The notes beneath the pieces were generated by a model. It ran no database searches. It was not told where the DNA came from and saw only the letters and a program-made list of their open reading frames with translations. From a virus, in the IMG/VR virus record IMGVR_UViG_3300046054_000005, positions 1 to 62,273 of that record: DNA of 62,273 bases; one strand, given 5' to 3'. Within the stretch, counting starts at the first letter, position 1; the number at the start of each line of letters is the position of its first letter. Positions 35,072 through 42,644 of this stretch are shown here, piece after piece. A program made the position numbers and the translations under genes.

Positions 35072-35329
35072 ATGCGATCTGACTTACAGATAAAAAACGG
35101 TGACGTAGCAGAGTGGGTGGACCCGCTGGACAAGTGGGTATGCGTCACGGACAGGTACAAGATCGAAATTCTTCCGGCAGGCAGAAAATACGACTTTCCG
35201 CGCGCTGACGGGAAGCTGAAAAAGACGATCCACGACGACCCAGAGAGAGACCTCCGTTTCTTCGAGAAGGTGCGGTACGAGTTCTTGAAAGAAGCAAGGC
35301 TGAAAGTATCCCTTCCCCTTCAAAAGTAG
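35072..35329 (+). CDS. Hypothetical protein.
   Basis: 85-aa ORF. Confidence 0.45.
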   Translation: MRSDLQIKNGDVAEWVDPLDKWVCVTDRYKIEILPAGRKYDFPRADGKLKKTIHDDPERDLRFFEKVRYEFLKEARLKVSLPLQK

Positions 35330-35331
35330 CT

Positions 35332-36081
35332 ATGCTTACCGAGATAGACGTACAGTTCTATATCGGGTTGCACCACGTCTGCGACGCACAGCACTTCGCT
35401 CGGTGTATGTTGAGCGTCAACGCACTGTCCCGGCGGAAGTCCGACTTCGAAGCTGGGCAGTGGGTGATGGACAGTGGAGCCTTTACGGAGGTATCCCGGC
35501 ACGGCACACATCGCCGCAGCGTCAAGGAATACGCCGCTCAAGTCCGGCGGTGGAGCCGGTGCGGTGATCTTTTGGCGGCGGTATCTCAAGACTGGATGTG
35601 CGAATCGTTTGTCCTCCAGAAGACGGGGATGACCACCGAGGAGCACCAAGCACGCACAGTGGACCGATACGACCGCTTGATGAGCGCCGATACCGGAGAG
35701 GTCTACATCATGCCTGTACTGCAAGGGTATGAGCCGGAGGAATACGTGCGAAACGTTCGGCAGTATGGCGGGCGGTTGTCAGAAGGCGCGTGGGTGGGTG
35801 TCGGCTCTGTGTGCAAAAGGAACGGCAGCATCAAGGCGGTAGAGGCGGTACTGTCGCGGATACATGCCGTACGCCCCGACTTGCGCCTGCACGGGTTCGG
35901 GCTGAAAAAGACCGCGCTGCGGTCCCATCTGGTGCGCAAGTGCCTGTATTCGGCAGACTCGATGGCGTGGAGCTACCGGGCTCGCAGGCAGGAGGGCAGA
36001 GACGCGAACGACTGGCGAGAAGCGCGCCGGTACTTGCGCGAGATCGAATCCATGCCGCTCCAGACCAACCTTTTCGCGTGA
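35332..36081 (+). CDS. dpdA: DpdA-like (TGT-fold) DNA guanine transglycosylase candidate (7-deazaguanine DNA modification).
   Basis: Ordered motifs VMDSGAF, MPVLQGY, GVGSVCKR, LHGFGLKK and ADSMAWSY, as in TGT/DpdA-family proteins. Confidence 0.55.
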   Translation: MLTEIDVQFYIGLHHVCDAQHFARCMLSVNALSRRKSDFEAGQWVMDSGAFTEVSRHGTHRRSVKEYAAQVRRWSRCGDLLAAVSQDWMCESFVLQKTGMTTEEHQARTVDRYDRLMSADTGEVYIMPVLQGYEPEEYVRNVRQYGGRLSEGAWVGVGSVCKRNGSIKAVEAVLSRIHAVRPDLRLHGFGLKKTALRSHLVRKCLYSADSMAWSYRARRQEGRDANDWREARRYLREIESMPLQTNLFA

Positions 36082-36106
36082 CCGATTCTAAACAAGCTAC
36101 TAACCT

Positions 36107-37018
36107 ATGCCTGACACGGTATCTCAAGACACCTGGGCGAACGGTTCTTACGTGGGCATCCCTGCTGAAAGGTACCACGCCATCGACCGTTGTTCGAACA
36201 GCCGGCTCTCGCTATTGAAGCGTAGCCCGGCGCACGCGAAAGAGGCCATGGACAATCCGAAGCCGTCCACGAAAGCGCAGAAGATCGGCACGGCTACCCA
36301 CACGGCTATCTTGGAGCCGGACCTGCTCGATGAGAACCTGGCCGTAGCCGGTCGGTGTAGTGCGACGACCAATAGTGGCAGTCAGTGCAGCTACTCCGGC
36401 AAGGTGCGGCGCGGCGGAGAGTGGTACTGTGGCACGCACGACCCCGGCGAGGAGGAAGCGTATGACGGTCTCGTCGTGAGCGAGGATCAATACGAGGGCA
36501 TCTGTCGAATGCGCGATAGCGTGTACGGGCACCCGGCGGCCTCCGACTTGCTGGAAGGGGGCACCGCCGAACTGACGGAGCTTTTCGATCACGCTTACAT
36601 AGACACCGACACCGGCGAGATAGGCGAGCTGGCGTGCAAGGCGCGCATCGACTACGTCCGTCAAGAAAAAGACGTGCTGGTAGACCTCAAGACCACGCGC
36701 AACGCCAGCAAGGAACGCTTCCGGCGCGACGTATGGCGGAACGGGTACTTTCACCAGCTTTCGTTTTACCGCTACGCGGTCGGCCAGTGTGCAGATGGCA
36801 GGGGGGAAGGCAGCAGTTACATCGTAGCGGTAGAAAAGACGCCTCCGCACGCGGTGGCCGTCTACGAACTGACCGAAGCAACGCTGCGGGTCGGGTGGCG
36901 CCAGCTTCGAGACCTGCTCGTTCAGTACGCGAAGTGCGAGCGGACGGGTCATTGGCCCGCCTACCCTGACGAGGCGCAGGCCCTTAGCTTACCACGTTGG
37001 GCGTGGGACAAGTTGTAA
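36107..37018 (+). CDS. PD-(D/E)XK exonuclease (RecE/YqaJ-like) with an inserted Cys/His zinc-ribbon.
   Basis: RIDYV...VLVDLKTT is a D...(D/E)xK core. Insertion CSATTNSGSQCSYSG...WYCGTHD. A Rad52-like annealase is encoded elsewhere in the genome. Confidence 0.6.
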   Translation: MPDTVSQDTWANGSYVGIPAERYHAIDRCSNSRLSLLKRSPAHAKEAMDNPKPSTKAQKIGTATHTAILEPDLLDENLAVAGRCSATTNSGSQCSYSGKVRRGGEWYCGTHDPGEEEAYDGLVVSEDQYEGICRMRDSVYGHPAASDLLEGGTAELTELFDHAYIDTDTGEIGELACKARIDYVRQEKDVLVDLKTTRNASKERFRRDVWRNGYFHQLSFYRYAVGQCADGRGEGSSYIVAVEKTPPHAVAVYELTEATLRVGWRQLRDLLVQYAKCERTGHWPAYPDEAQALSLPRWAWDKL

Positions 37019-37050
37019 CGTATCCTTTTTAATCGTTCCCCTAACTAACG

Positions 37051-37680
37051 ATGGACATTCAAAAGCAAGACCACGAGACGCAAAAGGCAATCAACGAGAC
37101 GCTGCGCGAGATTGCAGAGCGCCTGGACGCGCACTTCGAGGCGGAGCGGCATCAGTGTGCAGAAGAGTGGCGTCCACTTCGCGGAGACATAGGTGGCGGG
37201 CCGATTCGTTTCGAGCGCATGGATACGTACATGCGGGCGAAGGACGTCGTGAAGCAGTTTATGAAGCCCATTCCTGACGACAGCAGCCAATCTCGAAAAG
37301 AAGAGGAGGATAACCCCGACGGGTCGACGCCGGGGCAGTGGGGGTGTAGTTCGCAGGGGGATGAGGCCAAAGTATGGGGGCCGGACGGCGACGTATTGGC
37401 GACGGCCAAAAGTAGACCCCAGCCGGGTGAGGCGAATGCGAACGCCCGTCTCATGGCCGTTGCGGGTACCGCCGTGTCGAAGCTGCCGGAGGGATGTGAC
37501 CCAATAACGTTGCTGAAGCTGCTGCCAGAAATTTACCGCGTAGCGGATTGGGCCGTCGGGTCCACGAAGTTTCGCGACGAAGACGGCATAGCGCATCCGC
37601 CGGACCGTGAGTTCATCGTTCAGCTACGCGAACTGCTCAACGATACACGCGAAGACTGGCTGGCCGAAGGGCGTGATTAG
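37051..37680 (+). CDS. Hypothetical protein that looks like a fusion of paralogs of 32689..32934 and 33359..33781.
   Basis: See the two paralog alignments listed for those genes. Confidence 0.45.
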   Translation: MDIQKQDHETQKAINETLREIAERLDAHFEAERHQCAEEWRPLRGDIGGGPIRFERMDTYMRAKDVVKQFMKPIPDDSSQSRKEEEDNPDGSTPGQWGCSSQGDEAKVWGPDGDVLATAKSRPQPGEANANARLMAVAGTAVSKLPEGCDPITLLKLLPEIYRVADWAVGSTKFRDEDGIAHPPDREFIVQLRELLNDTREDWLAEGRD

Positions 37681-37766
37681 ACTGCAAAGCAACCTTTTCT
37701 TGCGAAACCGCAAGGCCCTGTTCGCATTGAACGAACAAGTCATTCTTTCCCACTCCCCACGCTACC

Positions 37767-38240
37767 ATGCCCGGCAAAGATTTCACGCTCATCAAGTTCA
37801 GCAGAAGCGGCAACGTAACGCTCAAGTACAAGGAAGACGGTCACGTTGGCGGAGAGGAAGAGGTCAAGCGCAAGAGCGACGAGGCCCCGCTCGACAGCTT
37901 CCGCCGGAAGTTGCAAAACCTTCGCCCGAAGGCGTTAGAGATCGCAGAGCTTGGCGAGGCCGAACACGGCGGCCACCCGTGGGCCGACGAGGTCGAAATG
38001 CTGTCCGCCAAGATCAAGCGCGACGGTGACGAGGTGAAGGCGGTCTTTAGCTTCAAGCGGCCTGTCGAAGCCTGCGACAGTCCGCTGAACGTTAGCACAC
38101 CGCTCACCGTTTTAGACGAGGAGGCCGTAGGGCTGGTAGAGGAACTTGAGTGGGAGGCGGAGAGCTACCTCGACGGCGAGCGCAAACAGGGCGAACTCTT
38201 CGACGAGGACGAGATGGAAGCCGTTGCCGAACCCGCCTGA
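37767..38240 (+). CDS. Hypothetical protein with an acidic C-terminus.
   Basis: 157-aa ORF. Confidence 0.45.
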   Translation: MPGKDFTLIKFSRSGNVTLKYKEDGHVGGEEEVKRKSDEAPLDSFRRKLQNLRPKALEIAELGEAEHGGHPWADEVEMLSAKIKRDGDEVKAVFSFKRPVEACDSPLNVSTPLTVLDEEAVGLVEELEWEAESYLDGERKQGELFDEDEMEAVAEPA

Positions 38241-38264
38241 TTTGGTCACACAACCTCATCACCG

Positions 38265-38411
38265 ATGAGCCTGACTGGAATGACAGAGTGGTTGTTCGAT
38301 GCGGCTCTGTTCGTGTGGGCGCTGGCGTTCCTGATGCTTGCGCTCTTGGCACTATGGGTGATGGCGTCCACGATCGAAGGGATGATTCGCGGCGAGGACG
38401 AAACCTTGTAG
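38265..38411 (+). CDS. Possible 48-aa membrane peptide.
   Basis: ATG ORF read by eye with one TM segment (LFDAALFVWALAFLMLALLALWVM). Confidence 0.3.
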   Translation: MSLTGMTEWLFDAALFVWALAFLMLALLALWVMASTIEGMIRGEDETL

Positions 38412-38515
38412 GCGCTTCGCCGTGACACCGTACGTCACACGATGGCCACGGGGCGGCCTCTCCAGTCGGATGCTGTGCCCCACGGTGGTAGTGTGTTTGG
38501 TGATAAGCACGGAAC

Positions 38516-38555
38516 GCAAAAGGCCGATGCCGGGGTGGTGCCCAGCATCGGCCTT
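38516..38555 (-). terminator. Intrinsic terminator after the UvrD-like gene (minus-strand sense).
   Basis: Perfect 11-bp stem aaggccgatgc / gcatcggcctt. On the minus strand it is followed by UUUGCGUU. Confidence 0.6.
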
Positions 38556-38564
38556 CCGTGCGTG

Positions 38565-40028
38565 TCACGAGCAGATCACAAGCTCGCGTTTGGTGCGGCT
38601 CTCCGCGACGTAGAGCAGGTTCCTTTCCTGCTTAAACTGCCACGCTTTTTGACCGGGCCATTCGAGCGGCAGCTTGTCCGGCTCGATGATGATAACGCGG
38701 TCATTCTCCAGCCCCTTCGCGCGGTGGACGCTGGAGAAGTAGACGCCCTCTTCGTCGTCGCTAAAGAGGCCCTTGATCTCGTGTTTGAGCATGGTAATGC
38801 TCGCGGCGTCGAACCCTTCGTAGCAGGCTTCGATGCACTGGACACGGTCGTCAAGCGCCCGAAACTGCGCCTTACTCGCGTCCTTTGCCTTGAGGTACTC
38901 CTTCCGGTCGGAGTGGTAGGTATGGAGGGCCGGAATTAGGTCATCGTAGCTGAACCCGGGGTCGTCGCTAACCTCGTCGAGAATATCGGTGAGTTTATAG
39001 GAGACGTCGCGACCCCGAATACGGGCAGGGATTTGCTTGCGCACGAGTTCGATGCATCGGCGGATGAGCGGCGCGTTCGTGCGAGACAGCACGAGGTCAC
39101 CGGGCCTCACCCTGTCCACGAACTGGCTTTCGCGCCAGTAGGCCACACTTCCCTCGTCGGCGTTCGGTGCAGCCTCGATGTGGGAGACAACGCGCTGGAG
39201 GCGCTCGACAACGCGCGTGGGGCAGCGGTACGTGACTGAAAGAGGGAGCCGGGTAGCGTCGGTGCGCTCGATGATAGTCGAGTAGCTGTCGGCGTCCGCC
39301 CCGCAAAAGCCGTAGATGGCCTGCCGCCGGTCTCCGACGAAAAGCATCCGCCCGTCATCGGCGCAGGAGCGGAGTGCTACCTCCAGCTGGCAGGCGTTCA
39401 GGTCCTGCGCCTCGTCTACCATGACGAAGGGGAACTCTTTGTAGTGAAGGTTCCAGTAGACAGGCAGGTAGATCATGTCGTTGAAGTCGATCTCGCCGCT
39501 CTGTTCGGCGATGGCGCGGCCCTGCTTGAGTACACTGCCCAACTCGCGCAGGTAACCGTTCGGCGGCAGGTCGTGCTTGGCGCAGAGGCGGAGCAGACCT
39601 TCCCGGTCGTCGGGATCCACGAGTTCGAGGCGGGCCATGTCCACAAGTTTCTTGAGGTTCTTGCGCGTCTCGGCGCGTTGGTCGTGCGGCAGGCTCATTT
39701 GCTTGACGTGCTCGCGGACGATATTCGTATACTTGCGCTTCTGCACGTCGAGCCGACCGATCATCCCAGCGAGGACGCCGTAACTGACGGAGTGGATCGT
39801 GCGCGCCCCCAGCGGGGTTTCGGTCAGGCGTTCGTTCAGTTCTTCGGCGATGTGTTTGTTGAAGGCGACGAAGAGGCCGTCTTCGTCGATGTGGTGAGCG
39901 GCCTCAACGAGGATCGTTGTCTTGCCGGACCCGGCGACCGCATCTACAACGGCGTGGCCGGAGCCGTTGTTGATCCAGTCAATGATACCGCGTTGGTACT
40001 CCGACGGTTCGTGTTCGAGCGTGTACAT
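38565..40028 (-). CDS. UvrD/PcrA-type SF1 helicase.
   Basis: AVAGSGKTT (Walker A), MVDEAQDLN, VGDRRQAIYGF, VHRAKGLE. Confidence 0.8.
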   Translation of the reverse strand: MYTLEHEPSEYQRGIIDWINNGSGHAVVDAVAGSGKTTILVEAAHHIDEDGLFVAFNKHIAEELNERLTETPLGARTIHSVSYGVLAGMIGRLDVQKRKYTNIVREHVKQMSLPHDQRAETRKNLKKLVDMARLELVDPDDREGLLRLCAKHDLPPNGYLRELGSVLKQGRAIAEQSGEIDFNDMIYLPVYWNLHYKEFPFVMVDEAQDLNACQLEVALRSCADDGRMLFVGDRRQAIYGFCGADADSYSTIIERTDATRLPLSVTYRCPTRVVERLQRVVSHIEAAPNADEGSVAYWRESQFVDRVRPGDLVLSRTNAPLIRRCIELVRKQIPARIRGRDVSYKLTDILDEVSDDPGFSYDDLIPALHTYHSDRKEYLKAKDASKAQFRALDDRVQCIEACYEGFDAASITMLKHEIKGLFSDDEEGVYFSSVHRAKGLENDRVIIIEPDKLPLEWPGQKAWQFKQERNLLYVAESRTKRELVICS

Positions 40029-40058
40029 AACAGGGGGGGTGTAGTGTGTTTGGCGGTT

Positions 40059-40122
40059 GCCGTGACCGGAGGGGAGTGCCCCCCCCGGTTTCGCCTCGTT
40101 CCCGCGAGGCTCGTCAGGCGGC
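40059..40122 (-). ncRNA. Hammerhead ribozyme candidate, type I (A.C mismatch at the first stem I pair).
   Basis: Minus-strand RNA: GCCGC CUGACGA GCCUCG-CGGGAA-CGAGGC GAAA CCGGGGGGG-GCACU-CCCCUCCGG UC^ACGGC. The core UGA is the stop of ORF 40114..40500. Confidence 0.6.
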
Positions 40123-40500
40123 TTTCGCGCGGAGCTTCACGAAGTCACTGGTGTCGTAGCTTCCGAACGACGAGCCGTAGGGGTACTTGTCGTACGCCTT
40201 GCAGGCGCGGCGCTGCGCGTGCCACTTAGCAACGGCGAACGACTCGCGCTTCTTGCCCGCGTAGCGGATGGCCTTTTCGCCCTTGCCGCCGGCCATCGTC
40301 ATGCCCTTTTCGGGGCTGACGGGCTTGTGTCCACGGCTCTGCACGCGATTGTCAGCGTGGTTCACGAAGTAGACGTACGAGGCGCCATTGTCGAGTTTGC
40401 GGGCGCACACGTCTACGTGACGGCTGATCGGGAAGGCGAAGAAGTCTTCCTCGTCAGTGATGCGCTCTTCGTTGAGAAGGTGAAGTCGAGTGTAGACCAT
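40114..40500 (-). CDS. Hypothetical protein.
   Basis: 128-aa ORF. Confidence 0.5.
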   Translation of the reverse strand: MVYTRLHLLNEERITDEEDFFAFPISRHVDVCARKLDNGASYVYFVNHADNRVQSRGHKPVSPEKGMTMAGGKGEKAIRYAGKKRESFAVAKWHAQRRACKAYDKYPYGSSFGSYDTSDFVKLRAKAA

Positions 40501-40526
40501 TGGACTGGTGTGTGTTCGTTGAAAAT

Positions 40527-40599
40527 GGTAGCGAGGTGCTACCGCGACCGGGGGAGTGTCCCCCGGTTTCGCCGCGCTTTCAGCGGCTCATCAGGCGGC
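40527..40599 (-). ncRNA. Hammerhead ribozyme candidate, type I, with a conserved 3' flanking hairpin.
   Basis: Minus-strand RNA: GCCGC CUGAUGA GCCGC-UGAAAGC-GCGGC GAAA CCGGGGG-ACACU-CCCCCGG UC^GCGGU, then GGUAGC-ACCUC-GCUACC. It starts directly after the TAA stop of ORF 40600..40818. Confidence 0.75.
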
Positions 40600-40818
40600 T
40601 TACGAACGGCGCTCAAGCTCCTTGCGGCAGGCTTCCGACTTGTCCCAGAAGTGGCGAGCCCATTCCATCTTTCCTTCTTTGATGTGATCGTTGTCGGTCT
40701 CGTTGGCCTCAAGGATAAGGTCTTGAGCCTTATCGCCAAATTCGTCGTGACGGCGACGAAGTTCATTGTCGGAGAGTTCGCGAAGTTCGGCTTCGGAAAG
40801 CTTGCGGACGTTGTCCAT
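40600..40818 (-). CDS. Hypothetical small protein.
   Basis: 72-aa ORF. Confidence 0.5.
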   Translation of the reverse strand: MDNVRKLSEAELRELSDNELRRRHDEFGDKAQDLILEANETDNDHIKEGKMEWARHFWDKSEACRKELERRS

Positions 40819-40945
40819 TGGACTAGAGTGTGTTTGGTGTGAGAGTGTGTTTTCCCTTCCCCCTTGTTGGGGTAGGGTAAAGCCCTTAAAAGCGCAGGGG
40901 TTTCCCTCGAAAAGCCTTTTAATGCTTTCTTTACAATCTATTCAA
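40819..40945 (-). promoter_or_regulatory. Conserved early promoter/leader module, copy 4.
   Basis: Minus-strand TTGAAT-AGATTGTAAAGAAAGCATTAAAAGGC ... AGGGAAACCCCTG ... TTTACCCTACCCCAAC ... CACCAAACACAC. Confidence 0.6.
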
Positions 40946-41261
40946 GCGCGGATCCCTTTTCTTCGGGGGCTACCTCGGGGATCAAGACACGGACTGCTTT
41001 TTCAGCGACGGGGCGGAGGTCTTCGTAGCCGTCAGGACAAGATTGCTTCATGCCTTCGGAGCCGTTCAGGTAAAGCACCTGGCGCACGGAGTCGAAGATG
41101 CCGTCGCGCGTCGGAGGGGGCCTGTCTACCAGCGGGTCTTCCTCACACCATACAAGGACGCAGGCGAAGCAATGCACGAGCCGTTTGTAGGTCAGGTCGT
41201 GCGAGACAGTTGTGCGCAGGTAGGGTGTTCCGTCGGGGTGGTAGCGGAGCTTGCGGGGCAT
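40938..41261 (-). CDS. Hypothetical protein.
   Basis: Start taken at MPRKLRYH inside track ORF 40938..41441. Confidence 0.4.
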   Translation of the reverse strand: MPRKLRYHPDGTPYLRTTVSHDLTYKRLVHCFACVLVWCEEDPLVDRPPPTRDGIFDSVRQVLYLNGSEGMKQSCPDGYEDLRPVAEKAVRVLIPEVAPEEKGSALE

Positions 41262-41338
41262 AGGAAGATGCAGGGAAAAGAAAAGCCGCCGCCCCTTAAA
41301 GCAGAGCGGCGGCGATATTACTAGCGAATGGGAGGGCG

Positions 41339-41692
41339 TTAGGTCGTAGCGCCAATGTACGAGGCGGGCGTATCGTGGTCGTTCAGGTAATCGACAAGCC
41401 ACGTAACATCGTCGGCGCGACCGAGGGTAAAGACGCGCCACGTCTTGGCCGTGTGCTTGTCGGAGAGGCGGCTCGTGCCACGGTCGGGCCTGTTCGTGAT
41501 CATAAGGTAGTTGCCTTCGGCGTCACGCAGAAAGAACCGGGCGTGATCGCCGTTGTCGAAAGTGGGTTGGCCGAATAAGTCCGTCAGGTCGTCGAACGTC
41601 GTGCTGATCGAGCCACGGTAGGCAAGGCCGTTTGCTTTGAGGGGGAGCGCTACGGGCGAAAGAGAGGCTTCGCAGGTGAGGGGCGCAGTCAT
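41339..41692 (-). CDS. Hypothetical protein.
   Basis: 117-aa ORF, first gene after promoter copy 6. Confidence 0.45.
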   Translation of the reverse strand: MTAPLTCEASLSPVALPLKANGLAYRGSISTTFDDLTDLFGQPTFDNGDHARFFLRDAEGNYLMITNRPDRGTSRLSDKHTAKTWRVFTLGRADDVTWLVDYLNDHDTPASYIGATT

Positions 41693-41830
41693 AGGAACAA
41701 GGTGGGTGCTTGGTGAGTGTTTGTCGAGCGGACAAAGGCTTTTTGCCTTGTCGGGAGTTATAACCCCCTACCGCAAGTAAGGGTTTCTTAGAAAAACCTG
41801 TCTTATGTAGTCTTTACATTTTTTCAAGAG
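41693..41830 (-). promoter_or_regulatory. Divergent copy of the early promoter/leader module (copy 6), in the divergent region shared with the + strand late operon.
   Basis: Minus-strand TTGAAA-AAATGTAAAGACTACATAAG ... AAGAAACCC ... CA-rich leader. Only partial similarity to copies 1-5. Confidence 0.45.
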
Positions 41831-41847
41831 AGAGAGAGTACTGCATC

Positions 41848-42644
41848 ATGGCGAGTGACGTACCCTTTGAAATCGAGTTCGTCGCAACAGACGACCTCAA
41901 AGATCACCCTCGCAATTACCGCAAGCACCCGTCGTCGCAGATCGACGAGATTATACGCAGCATCGAGAATCACGACGTATATCGCAACGTCGTCATTTCA
42001 GCAGACGGGTATATCTTAGCAGGCCACGGTGTTCGTGAGGCTATGAGCCAGATGGGTAGAGACGTCGTGCCCGTCTACCGGATGGGGTACGATCATGATT
42101 CTCCAAAGGCGATCAAGCTGCTGGCTGGTGATAATGAGATCGCGAATCTTGCAGAGAACAGCCACGAGCAGTTGGTAGAACTACTGCGAGAGATTCACGA
42201 GAGCAACGAGGGGGGGGGCTATCAGGCACAGGGTATAACGCTGACACACTGGCTGACCTTCAGGAAGAGGTCGCAGGTGAAAGCGAAGAAGTAACGTATT
42301 CCCGTAAGATCGACACGCCGGTTTACGAGATACGCAGTGATCAGCCCGAGGTGCAAGAACTCTACGATAGTGAGAAGGCCGATGAACTGAAAGCAGAGAT
42401 TGAAGAAGCCGACGTACCGCAGGAGGTGGCTGCCTTTCTCACAGTCGCAGCAGAGCGCCACACAAAGTTCGACTTCGAGAACATCGCGGAGTTTTACGCC
42501 CATGCGTCTGCCGACGTACAGCGGCTTATGGAACGGTCTGCCCTCGTCGTGATCGACTTCGATCAGGCTATCGAAGAGGGGTACGTTCAGGTATCCGAAG
42601 AGCTTCTTGCCCAGGCAGCAGCAACTAAAGATGAAAATGAATAA
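41848..42644 (+). CDS. ParB-like nuclease-domain protein split by a frameshift at a G9 tract (42210-42218).
   Basis: Track ORF 41848..42294 carries ParB N-domain motifs (HPRNYRKH ... ILAGHGV). After the G9 run the -1 frame stays open to 42644 and reads GTGYNADTLADLQEE..., a typical continuation for ParB-domain proteins. Confidence 0.55.
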
